Source: Balanoglossus misakiensis (taxonomy: Eukaryota; Animalia; Hemichordata). Taken from it: 64,000 bases of DNA. The DNA lies in contig CM082576.2 in the NCBI GenBank assembly GCA_040954595.2, positions 4,314,760 through 4,378,759 on the forward strand, given 5' to 3'. This document shows positions 12,501 through 24,654 of the stretch, one piece after another; within the stretch, counting starts at the first letter, position 1; every line of letters begins with the position of its first letter. A model generated the notes under the pieces. The model was not told the origin of the DNA. It searched no databases and saw only the letters and a program-made list of their open reading frames with translations. The translations under genes were made by a program, and so were the position numbers.

Positions 12501-15500
12501 GTCTGTCTCTTTGCATCTTCCTCCTTATTTCCCTCCCAACCTCCCCCTTCTCCAAGAAAGTTATGTTTAATCATGATATGGTTTTGAGCTATGTATATTC
12601 TGAAGCATTTATATCTGTACAAGACTTAATAACTGCAGCGCGTAATTTAATGTAGTCAAAAAAGTAATATTCAAGCATGCTGAAAAAAAAAATGTTGTAG
12701 TTAAAATTTGATATCAAATGTTGCCAGAAAGTACACAGTGTGCCCTAAGGGTTTTATTTATCTGGAAAAAGTTCATTTTACAATTTATTTGGCAAAGAAG
12801 AAAGTCAAAAGCTAAAAAGAGAAAACATCCAGAGCAAAATGAGGAGGCTGATTCAAGGGTGCATAATTCATGAAGATTGATGTCGCGTAACTTTAATCAT
12901 CAATTCAAGTGATAAATTCTCTACAACCATTGCTATAAATTATGGTTATAGCTTGTACCAAATAAACTACACTGAGAAGGATAAATGAAGGCAAGGAAGG
13001 AGAAACACTGCGATACAACAGCAACTGAGAAGATATAGACTGCCGATATAAATGGCTGTCGCCGACAAAAATTTTGGGGCACACTCACTTCTCAGATAAA
13101 AGTGTGACTCAAAGGAAGTTTAAGTAGTTAAACTTAAAGTTTAAAGTTTGATGCAAAGTAATCTTCAAGACAAGGCTTTGATATTAGCTCTATTTGCTGT
13201 GTATATGCAAACCAGGGTGCTGGTGGAATCACAATTTTCTTCCATTTCTCTATGTACGTCTATCTTACCCTGCCTGCTTCAACTACAATATTGCTTCTGG
13301 TGGTGGGACATTATAACTTTCCTTAAATTCCTCAGAACATTTTTAGACTGAGAATAAGAGGCAGTAGAAACATTTATCAGTTGCTTTGTCAAACTGCATA
13401 GGGGAAACCAATCAATGAAACTTGACATCTCATATATTTGACTTGTATCATTAACATACCTAAAACATCACCCTGTCATTGGTCAAAAGTAATCACATGC
13501 TAATAAGCCAATTAGAATTCTGGAAAATCATTTGTGTAACCACCATGCTAATTTGCATGACAGTAAGGCCTTTTTTTCTGTGAGTAACAGTTAACCTTTT
13601 CAGTACACCGCTTTTCCCTCAGAATTCAATTTCTCTCCTGGTTCAGAATGCAGAACTCATTCGGAATTTAGGCCCATTGTCTTGAAATATGAGAAGTCGC
13701 ATAAAACCCCCTATCTCAATTATCGAGAAGAAAATACTAATGGCTACACGGTTCAAGTGTGAGATGGGTTTGCCGGCCTTGTAGTGCCAAATAAGAGCGA
13801 CTTGTGTATAATAGATGTGATCCCAGCTGGGACAGCCACTATTCCTCACACTTCATTACAACATGATGGGCTATAAACACCATACATAGATCCATACTAA
13901 AGCAATATATTTGGAGTTAAGTAACGAAAACTTATTACTGGAGAAGAGTGCCACGGTGTAATATATTATCCTCGTTTTTTATGCTGTTGGTAGAAATTAT
14001 TAGCGGTGATGATGAAGTCCTGCTTCTGGGAGGCAACTGTGCGCTCGCTAAGTGACAGAGACGGCACAAACTAACAAACCATGAAAGATGGCAACAGCCA
14101 TTAACCTTATAAAAGAGAGCTTATACTTATCACTGAAATTTCCAACTTAAACTGACAGAAAATAGCAGTCATTTTAGACTGGAATGAAAACACAGTCGTC
14201 CTCATTATCTCTCTCAATGGCAGAAGATCAACTACTCTTTGCTGACAATTATCGACATAAATTTCCTCTCTCACTGGAGACTGCCACCAGACTGATGTGT
14301 AATTACCGCTGTTTGAGTTTACGGCAGTCTTCACTCTTGTTTAGTCTCTCCATGGTGATCTGTAAACCCGCCGACCTTTAAGTGAGTCTCACCCCCCCCC
14401 CCTGAAAGAGGAGGAAGACAGGTTGCCAGGGCAACCAGGATCGCCTTGATCAACATCAGGGGGAAGCACTGCGAGTGATAATCGCTGATGACACCGTCAG
14501 GAAATAATTGAAAGGAGAATTACGGAAATTAAAAACGATTGTAGTATTAGGTGTAAACTGTTTGGGAGTAAATCCGACCGTGTAGTTGCCATGCCGATGG
14601 CACAGGTTGTTGCGGTGCCATGGTTACTAATTAGAAACAAGTCTGGATACACTAATAGTCTGATGACAAACTTTAAAGATGGATCTTAACACTTTAATGA
14701 TTTGCATCAAATACTCATGAAACTAGCCTCAGCACAAATTTCGTCTCTGTCACACTATGCCTGACATCACTCTATCAAGATAATAAATGTTCACCCTCTT
14801 GTCATTTAGATCTCTCTCTCTCTCTAACTTTCTCTTTTCATCTTTCTTTTTACTATTTCTACCGTGATGGTTGTTATTTTGCCATTTCGAATGTTGTGCT
14901 CACATCACAGAAGTCAAATTTCTGCTGTCATCAGAGGCCAACATCCCAGTACATGTACTTGTCAGCTATTTTGATGGCGGTATGGCAGAGAACATTAAAT
15001 AAATGATTCTCTAGGGAAATTACAGTGGGAGAAAAAATGCAGGGAAAAGTTTGCTGACTAAATTTAGACAGTCATTTTTTCAAGGTACAGGTTACTACGG
15101 GTTTATATATATGTTTGAAATTTTTCTTTTCTATTCCAAATCACCAAATTTTTACACCAAAGACAATATGATTGTGTGATTTTTTCTAGGAATCCGGCAA
15201 TAACATAAAATGTTATTGAAATGTCATATCAAATTAAATTTGAGATCATTTTTGTTTCACTAAATCAAGCTTGTGATGTATATGCTGGTCTGATATTTAA
15301 CACGGTCTCACAAAATGAGCAGAAAACCCATAAAAGGAGTTTTAACTCTCCCCCGATTAGAATCAGGACGTCTGAAGGACAGAAAGAAGGCCGCCGTAGC
15401 AACTTGTAAATTAGTGTAAATATTTTGTGATAGGGCCATGCACATGTGCGATATATTCAAGGTGGATCTAAAAGACAATGTAATCTGGGCTAACTAGGGT

Positions 15501-18500
15501 TGGATCAGAAGCGCTACACTGGGGATTTACTAGAAACTTCACTTACATCTTGCGTTACTCCGCAGGGATGGGGACAATTTACAACACATTGCTAGTATAA
15601 GCTGCAAGCTAGTCAAGTGATTTATTGGGAGTATTAACATCCCTGTAGGAGTGCTTGTCTGACACGGCCACTGCTATGCTCAGCCCCATGCACGCTTTAA
15701 TGTAACTGGAAAAAGAGTATAAGAGTTGTTTGCAGAGAGTGCTAAATCCAGAATAATGAGATTGGAGCGGAATGGGTAGGGATTACAAGGCAGGTGGACG
15801 AGTTTGATCAAATTGGTAATTAAGGAAAGCAATTCTGCGTGGTAGGCAGAGATGAATTAATCAACGCTCCCCGCTCACCTTCAGATGGAATCCCAGAAAT
15901 TAATAGAGCTCCAATTGATTGTGACATTTACAACGTTGGACAAATGTACCATTTCAACGTTGTAATGGATCTGTCATTTGGAATGTCTCAAACCCATTCA
16001 TCTCAGGAGACTACACTCCACCACACACACACACACCCTATCTTCAAACCTCTCCTACTATGTACATGTACCTTTCCCAACAGGCAAATTGCCTAAATTC
16101 ACACTAAACTTTGTTTTTTTTAAAAGGTAGTATAACCTTACAACAAAGCTAATATGTTTCTTTGTAATTTGCATGACAGAAGTGCTGTGTGTTATTTAGA
16201 GGGGGAGGGGGGAACAGGGAAAAACTGTGACTATAAAACCCAGGTAGTTCAGACAGATTGGGTGAATTTGAAAGACTTCCTGCAGAAAACAGAAGACGTA
16301 CAATAATACAGACAGAAGCATTTGCAGAGATGCACGTTGTGATTACTTATTGAAGGCTGGTATATTTTTGAATGTCAATAGAGTCCAAATGATTTGCCGC
16401 AGAGACTGCTGTCACAAACACAGAAGTCCGGCGGTTGATGCGCAGCCGACGCCCGATCTCCAAGGAGACAGAAACCTGTGAAATTGCTAATACGCATTTA
16501 CATATTGCGTTGTTGTTTTCTTTCGTGGCGGATTCCCCAGATTGATTCTTGGAAGTGTGGTCTGTTTGGTCCAAATGGAAATTTTCAGATGATGTAATCG
16601 TGTTTTTTGACACTGTGGGTCTTCAAGGAAGGGTATTGAAGAATAAAAGTGACAAGTTATTTTTGCATGGAAAATGCTGGTGTAAATTTAGACATTGTGT
16701 ATAAACTTTGGATAATTTTTTTTCTAACTACAGTTTGTACATGTTTTGTTTAATTGTCATGACTAAGTTTTCTAGCCACCAAAGCAATTATGAGGTTCTA
16801 AGCTATAATGTAATTGTGGGCTCAGATTCTGCTTTTGTGTCACTCTGTATGGAATTGGGGATTCTTTCCCGAGTGGTGACATTTTTCGGGAAAGTCTCGT
16901 TCTTATGAGATAACGTGCAGAGGATTTATCTTGCAGTGTAGCAGCTTCTAGCTATGTGAGTTGTGTTTATAGTGATCTCTGAGCGAAACCTTGCAGACAT
17001 AAAGAGTTTAACCTCTCTGCCCTCATGTTCCATCAACCATAGAATAATCACATTGTTTTCTGTGGATGCTCAATAATTCCTTCTACTGGGAAATGCGCTT
17101 GTTTGAGATCTTCAAACTACAGTAAATAACGATCACGCGCACAGTTTTACTGCTCTTGCTCAGAAATTGCGGCGAGGAGTACAGCTAGCATGCCACGTAC
17201 GTCGATACGGTGCGTCGGCGGGCGTCGACTCCTGTCGGAATGCATCACAGTTTACAAGCCCGCCGTGTCGATATCGAACTTAACCAAGTCAAACACAAGG
17301 GGAAGCACGCATGTACGCGTATATGTTCGCGACTCCGGGATGGGGGGGGGGGTCGGTTTTAACATGTACGTGATGTTCACTGTCATTACCACACGCATCA
17401 GTTGTTTTGGGATTATCTGAATGTGACTAACAAACTCTCATTGAATCAGAATTCCGGCAGACAGTAAATGACCTCTGGGATGCCGGGATAATCACATGTG
17501 GATTTCTTCCTAAAATCCCTCAACACTTGTTCCAATTAGATCAACACAAGCGAATCACTTACTCAATTTTCGTCAATGGATTTGATTGGGCTTTGACTTG
17601 ATTGTCTTTTCACACACAGGAATGACAATGACGATGTCGGCCGATCCCCGATACGAGCGAGGATTCTTCCTTCGCATGAAATCCACGTTGACCAAGAGGG
17701 GCGTACATATCAAGTCTTCTGGTTACAAAGTAAGCAAATGGGAAGCTTGGGGAGAAAGTGATGCACTGGTCAGAAAATGTCGAAGTGCGCAACAGTGCAA
17801 ATAAAACATTAAATTTTAAGCAAAATAGCTTTTAAAATGAAACAAGTTTTCTCATTCTGTTTTTGGATGTGAATTTTGATAACATTAGAACTTTTGCTAG
17901 TGGGCCAAATGGCAGTGTTAAAAGTTATTTCTCGGCTGCCGTCTTCACAATCAAACTTCTTGCATACAAGCTTACAATTGGATTCTCAGAAAGTAGAATA
18001 CCGGTAGTTTAGATATGGAGATGTTAATTGTCACCAAATATGACACATCTGTTACTCAAATGATGAGTGACAGTGCTCTTGGCTTTGACTCACAAGAGTA
18101 ATTTGGTGGCTTAGAGATGAATTACAATTAATTTATCACTCTGGATCGATCTTGAGGTGTGTATAGCATGCAAGCAGGGTTTGCTTATCCATTCTGAACA
18201 TCTGTTTTTAACACTTGTCAGTGGTTGGAAGATGGTTGATCCCTAGAATATAACCATCTTTAGAATTCATATTGTAGAGAAGAGAGAGACAGAACCAAAT
18301 TATGATAAAATGTTTAATAATCAAGAACAAAAAAAAATCTACATCAAATTTTTTTTTTTTTTGGTTGCAGGTTGTTCAAATATCTGGTAGACTTCGACCG
18401 CGGATGATCTTGACACATACACAGCGTCAGCCAATCACAATCATCGGCTTTGTAGCACTGGCCCATTCACTGCCATCGCCAAATATCAACGAGATACGCA

Positions 18501-21500
18501 TGGAATGTGAGATGTTCGTATCCAAGGCCAACCTGGACATGAAAATATCATTCTGTGAACCAAGGTAAAGACTTCTTTGTCTGAACATTATTAAAAGTGT
18601 GCTGGTAGAATACAATATGCATTATCACAACAGTTGCTACTGTTGTAGGCAAGCTACACTAAAAATTAAGTAATGTCAAAACTGAAAAGAAATAGAAAAT
18701 ATTTTGAATAAGTACATGCTAGCTTTTATCTGATTCATTTTTGGGAGAAACTTTGTTGCCTATGATGGCATCAGCTCAAAACATGAGTTCATCAATTCCT
18801 GTTTTGTGCAAGAACTTTTGGTCAGTTGGTAAATTCAGTGTGAAATTTGAGACAGACAGTCTGGCAGAAGTGAATAGACTGACTGAGAGGAAAAAGGTGC
18901 TTAAAATCACCCTATGAACACCTGACTTACAATTATGAATTTACCATCGTAGTCACTGATGTACAAATTCAGACAAATGCAAAATTCATACACACTGTCC
19001 CTGTGCTATGCTCTCTAAAAAAGTCAGTGGAAATTAAGTCAAGATCTACGTCGAGATCAAACAGGGGCAAAGAAACAGTTCACCTTCCTGACCCCAATAA
19101 AGCAAGCTTTACTGTTAAGGTGCGGACAATATTTTACTGCTCGGGGTATAAATGTCAGAGTATATCTCTGACATTATATTTTAAGGACACCATAAAACAG
19201 TTGGAAGTGGGAAAGATGAGATCGGCCAATGATATGCCATGATAGTACACTGAGATATCGCCCTGTCTTCTGAAATTTGTTGCTTTTTCGTAGGGAGCTA
19301 ATGAAGGATCGGCTTGATACTTGACAGAGAAGTTGCTATTAGAAAGTGTCGCTGCATATAAAATAACCATAGGGAGACATTTGGAGACTGCCATAAAGAC
19401 TTGATTACGGTCCTTCTTAGTTGCTAAATAAATGGGATGATGGTGGAAAGATGATAGTAAACGACACGTCGCGCTGACCTATCCTTCCATTATTTGATAC
19501 TCGTAAAATAATAAAACTGTCAGCTTTGGTTTAGATGGCATATCAATAAATCAGTCACCTAGCAAATTAGAAATGTCAGACCTGAAGACAAAGACATCAT
19601 CTCCTGGCTGTGAGTGTGTGTGCGTGTGCGACTTGGCTGTGATGATTCCGACCGTAAAATCGGTCGGCGGAAAAGAGACCCCTGGAGTCACATTTGAGAG
19701 AATGTCTGCGATAATGAGCAGTGAACTGCAGAGGGCAGTCTTGAATGATTGTTCCTCGGAGGTTGTCGGGGTGTTGGAACTGCATGTGGACTGACAGATA
19801 CTTGGAATCAGTGTTTGCCTCCTTTCAAACTGGGCATGCACTTTTCAGTTCAACTGAAACTTTCACAATAATCTAATAGTCTTTATGAACTCTTCCATTT
19901 CAGAATAAACCACTTCATGGATTTGACACCCAGTGATGTTTTAGGGAAGAGTGTGTATGATTTCTTGCATGCGGAAGACGTTGCTGAAATGAGAACCAGT
20001 CATTTTGATTGTAAGTATATTGAAACATCTTTGACATTTGTCGAGTTTTTGTCCTTTCATTCTAGATTATGCTAACAGTACTCCTGTTTTCGACCCATTA
20101 AAACATCTCTCCCCACACTATTTAGTGTGGAACTTGAAATGTAATTCTTTATGCATTCTCACCTTTCAGTGCTTAACAAGGGACAAGTTGTAACTAAGTA
20201 TTTTAGGTGGATGACAAAAACCGGGGGATACGTTTGGATACAAACTAGCGCCACCATCACAGCAACGAAGAACACAAATGAACGATTAGTTGTCTGTATC
20301 AACTACATTCTCAGGTAGGAACTGATGTTGACTAAATGACTTTACAGCCCATATACATGTAGTACAACATGTATCTTACAACGGTACTTTATCTGTGAAC
20401 AGTTCTGCAGGTTTGGCAATGTTTTAAAGATAATGTTGGTTGCAAAGGATTGTGTAGAAATTCACCAGAACTGATAATTTGTCATTTTTTTCTCTTTGTT
20501 CTTCCACAGTCAAGTAGAGTACAAAAACTGTGTCATGGATATTTCTCAGTTACCGAATAGACCCACCGATGAGACGTCTGAATCATCCAACACATCAGAG
20601 AGTGAAGCAGATTCCAGTAGTGATTCAGGTATGAATCGTTCAAAGAAACACGCACTATTGTCCATCTCAATTAAATTCTGAGGGATCACGGTTTTAATAA
20701 TGGAACGTATTTGTATCAAAAATCATTAATAGCTGGTCACATATTATATCCTGCTATTTATATGACGTAATATCATTTATCCAGAATAATACTAACAGTC
20801 TCATCATTTTAAAAAGCTAATACATAAGTAGGATATTAACCCCAAAGACTTTTAAAAACAAAGGAAGTGTCATTATTGTTGTGTTCTTAACACAGTTTCT
20901 TTTTGCTTGCAGATGAGGATGCTGACGGCAGAGAAAGTTCGAATGATAGCGATGACAGTGGAAACAGGGACCACAGCTCCAAGAGAAGAAACCACTCCAC
21001 ACAAAACAAACACACCACCAGGAAAGGGAAGAAACGGGCGAAGGGGCCCGGAGGCAAAGGTGCCAAGAAGCAGAAGTACGAGGAGAGGCAAAACAGGGTT
21101 GTCATGGAAACAAAAGTGGCGCCCGTCAGTCAGCGCGCGCAGTTAGTGAATTCCGAGGTAATAAAAAAGAATGACGTCAAGCTGGAGACGAAGGAGAAAA
21201 CCAACAGCACGGGGGCACAGCAGCCGTCGGAAAGAACTGATGTGGTCAGTGAGGAGTCGATCAAAAAGAGGGGGCGGCCACGAAAACGGAAAATCATCCA
21301 GCACGTCAATTCGTGCGAGAGTCGAGAGAGCAGTACAGGAGCCGGCCACTCCGACGTGGCTCCTCCTCCTCCTCACATCGATGGTGCTAAGACTTCTCCC
21401 AACATCCCAAACGATCAAACCCCCTGCATTCCGTCCCCTCAGTTCGACAGCGGCTTAGGGGTGAAGTCCGAACGCCAGGAGGCGGCGGCGGACTTCCAGC

Positions 21501-22375
21501 TGGAGAGTTGGGACAACCCACCAAACCGAGAGATCACCCGGGAGCAGGCCACGCTGCTGGACACACCAGACAGCCCCTTCACCCGAAATCAAATTCTGCA
21601 TCGAAGCATCAACCAGTCGCCGGTCAGCCAGTCGCCCATGAGTATACATGACATTCCAAAGAGTCCGTTTCAGAAGACGTCGTCGATATCAAGTCCAAGT
21701 ACAGGGGTGCCCGAATCAGTGCTGACGCCGCCGGCGACCGAGACCACCAAATCGGGGTTTGTCCTCCCGCCCGTCAGTTCCTTGACCCCATCGGTCATCA
21801 GCATCGCCCACAATGACTCGCAGCACGCAGTAAACCCACCGCCAACGCTGTCTCCAATGGAGACGGGGAAGGAGAGCCAATCGTCAGAAACTGTGACGTC
21901 TATCAGTGCCATTGCCAGTGCGCACGCGAGTCTCTTAGCCAATCTCACACCCCACGCTGCCAAAGAATCTGTGATAAACATCCATCCACACGTACTCACA
22001 ACTGATTCTGTCACGACGGCGTACGCTGGCATGCCCTACGCTAGTTACGACAAGTACGCGTACTCGCCGTACGGGACGGCAATGAACTTGGCCACGCACG
22101 CGGCGGCGTACCAAGGCAATCACTACGGCCACATGTCGCCCTACGGGAATTACACGCAAAGTCAAGAGACGCCCATGGACTTGACCTACGGAAGTGGCTA
22201 CAGCTCCCACATGCAAATTGTGCGGCCGGAGATCTTACAGAACGTGGCCAAGCAGCAGTACCTGAGCGGGGCCAAGTCGCCGTACGCGGCGTTCACAGAT
22301 GCGCACGATCAGCTGTCCAAGTTGCACAGCAAGAGCAACAGCGATCTGTCCAGCGGCGGTCAGCAGAAAGTTTGA
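3429..22375 (+). CDS. NPAS3: bHLH-PAS transcription factor NPAS1/NPAS3/trachealess orthologue, 5'-partial (PAS-A, PAS-B/PAC, long C-terminal region; 807 aa in window)
   Basis: Exons 3429-3518, 8653-8848, 17620-17729, 18371-18564, 19904-20010, 20170-20314, 20510-20628, 20913-22375. All are AG/GT bounded with matching phases (2424 nt). Peptides [80 protein letters not shown] and [15 protein letters not shown] are characteristic of NPAS1/3/Trh. The bHLH exons are not in the window. Confidence 0.93.
7219..7550. repeat. Degenerate tandem repeat, about 4 units of 78-88 bp
   Basis: The block TGCCC(T/A)..T(G/C)AAATC recurs at about 7273, 7351, 7437 and 7525, preceded in the first three units by TGAACT-type words. 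Confidence 0.6.
8653..8848 (+). CDS. NPAS3: NPAS1/3 exon, PAS-A plus Thr/Ser-rich loop
   Basis: cccaag|GTG GAG TTG...CAA G|gtagg; lies within ORF 8506-8874. Confidence 0.92.
17620..17729 (+). CDS. NPAS3: NPAS1/3 exon, PAS-A ([13 protein letters not shown])
   Basis: cacag|GA ATG...TAC AAA|gtaag; lies within ORF 17586-17804. Confidence 0.92.
18371..18564 (+). CDS. NPAS3: NPAS1/3 exon, end of PAS-A and start of PAS-B
   Basis: ttgcag|GTT GTT CAA...CCA AG|gtaaa; encodes [40 protein letters not shown]. Confidence 0.92.
19904..20010 (+). CDS. NPAS3: NPAS1/3 exon, PAS-B
   Basis: tttcag|A ATA AAC...GAT T|gtaag; encodes [35 protein letters not shown]. Confidence 0.92.
20170..20314 (+). CDS. NPAS3: NPAS1/3 exon, PAC
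   Basis: tttcag|TG CTT AAC AAG...CTC AG|gtagg; encodes [48 protein letters not shown]. Confidence 0.92.
20510..20628 (+). CDS. NPAS3: NPAS1/3 exon following PAC
   Basis: ccacag|T CAA GTA GAG TAC...TCA G|gtatg; encodes [15 protein letters not shown] followed by an acidic, Ser-rich stretch. Confidence 0.9.
20913..22375 (+). CDS. NPAS3: NPAS1/3 last coding exon, disordered C-terminal regulatory region
   Basis: ttgcag|AT GAG GAT; joins phase 1 from the previous exon; it is the 490-codon ORF 20903-22375, GC-rich, ending at TGA. Confidence 0.9.
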
Positions 22376-24648
22376 CACATGTCTGCCTCCTGTTCATTTT
22401 GAAGAGTACTCCCCTATCCCCCCCCCCAACAACCACCCCTGGCCAACTGATCCCCTCCCCCTCCTCCCAGTGATTTGGCAAACAAAAGACGTGAAGATAT
22501 GTACAGTTGTGATGGTGATTGTGAATCTAAGTGCTTCTGTGTCCCAGTATTTTGTACACATATCATCACATTTGTTACGAAGTTTTCTTTGTTTTGTGTC
22601 TGAATTTACATTATTGAAACGAGACGAAAAGTACAGTTGATTGAAAGGAGTTTAATGAAATACCACACATACAGAAGAAAGTGACTTTTCATCATTTTTG
22701 CCAAGGCATCAGACAATATGCAGGTATTGAAATGATGAAAATATAATTCACAGTTTTATAAGATGGGGAAAATAGGTAGGACTCCTTTCAACTTTCACAG
22801 CTTGAGTGGTTGTCGATTTCCCTGTGACAATTTTTTTCCAAAATATTCAGCATTTTATTTAGAACTACAGTGTACTGCTTCCAGTTAACATTGAATGGCA
22901 GGTGAGATATTTTTTTTTCCGTGGATGTTAGAAAACATAGAAAAAGTGACAAAGTTAGAGTCAGTCAAACACAATAGTTACAAAAAAAAATGTAAAAATA
23001 ATATTAAAAGACAACAAAGGTTAAAAAAGTTCCCACATATGCAGTTTGAGTACCAGGTAAGCATTCTTGCTACCTTCCTTCATTTGCAGAGTACAAAGAT
23101 TTTTTTTCCTTCATTGAGTATAAAGCTTTGATTTTGGTATGAAAGAAGAGAAAAAGCAAAAAAAAATGTTTATTTTTTATTTCAAATTTTATTTGTGCAT
23201 TTCACTTTTAAAATTCCCTGATTTGGGTGTTACGATGAGACTGTTCCATTAAATACGACAGAAAAACTTAAAAAGTCTTAAAAGTTGAAGAGCCTGCAGT
23301 GCTTGGTTTTGAAATATGTCTGTTTATGTTTGTTTTTTGTTTTACTCTTTTGTTATTTTGTTTATTTTGTTGCTTTCTATATTTGCAAAAAGTACTATGA
23401 AAAACCGCTTGTGAAGCAGTTGTGTCCAGCCCAATCTAATTGGGTTGAGTCTGTAATATGTGTTACATTATAGAGTGCCGTGTGCTTATAAAGAAAGATC
23501 TCAATCTGATTGAGACTAAAAAATTTATGCAGAATGATGCGCTATTTTTAAGTTAAATTGCATTCCATTGGCGGTCCAGCTATTACTTTACAGACTACTA
23601 CTAGATTGTACCCTGACCAATTTTAGAAAACAAAAAAATAATCCATAGCTTTTTTTTTTCTAACAAAAATTATGAGAAGAAATATTTTTTCTAAACATGG
23701 AATTATAACACTTCTAAACTATAGAGGAAGAAAAATCCAGTTTCATTGTGCAAGACATTCATTTAGAATTAGACACACAGTCAGGCATGGGACGGACGAT
23801 ATAATATCCTGGCTGTACCAGCTATCAATATTTTTTTTGTTTCACTTTGAAAATCAAGGTGGCAGACGATCAGCATCAGCTGTTCCACACATATACTTGC
23901 AAATAGTTCTGTTTCAGTGGGACAACATTATGTTATATGTTTTTTTCTTTCAAAGATTTTAACAAACCATGGTTCTCCAGTGGTTATAGGTACATGCATA
24001 GATGAACCCCTTTGGACATTTTAATATTTCTGTTTGAAAGCAAGTTAGCCTGCCATACCATGGACTGTTCTATAATGTATGGAAACTGTGGTCTAAGAGA
24101 AAAATTAGCATTACATTGGTTTTAGTTTTCATTTTTTTTGTCTTTTAGTGCAATCTACAATTCCTGGTCATGACCTTCATTGTTTCAAAGTCAAATTGTA
24201 TAAACACGTACAGACATGCCAAAAACACTTCTATAAACGCCAAATTTTGATTGTCTGTGCCAAGAAGTGAAAAATTATCAGCCAATCCATTTTAAAAACA
24301 GATTTTATGAAGCTTGATACAGATTTTATGAGTTTTGTTAGTTCTCTTTGAAACAATTTTTACAGGTTTTGTCTGAAAAGAATGTCACACATTTATTCCC
24401 TTCTGTGACCATGAATAGAAAAAGAAGAGCACATTGGTATTTTTTGTTGAATCACTTCAGAGTGACTTTATTCCTTTCAAAATAATGCGTTGGCCTGACA
24501 ATGAACATAGAGGATACTTGTGGCAGTATTAACAACAAAAACTGAATTCTTACTTTCTGGTCCTTTTGCTTGCCAAAAGAATTTTTCGTACAGTCAGTTG
24601 TCATCTTTCTTTTTCACTGTCATGCCATACATCTTGGTTGGTACCATA

Positions 24649-24654
24649 AATAAA
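24649..24654 (+). terminator. Candidate polyadenylation signal of NPAS1/3
   Basis: AATAAA followed by U/GU-rich tttgtaagttcagttttgtttc. A second candidate AATAAA lies at 26501-26506. Confidence 0.4.

Noticed and set aside
19551-19841. Overlapping ORFs in an NPAS intron
   Set aside because: The flanking exons join in frame without them, and they show no PAS or transposase similarity.
20817-22640. Several antisense and alternative-frame ORFs over the NPAS last exon
   Set aside because: These are shadows of GC-rich coding sequence, with no recognisable motifs.
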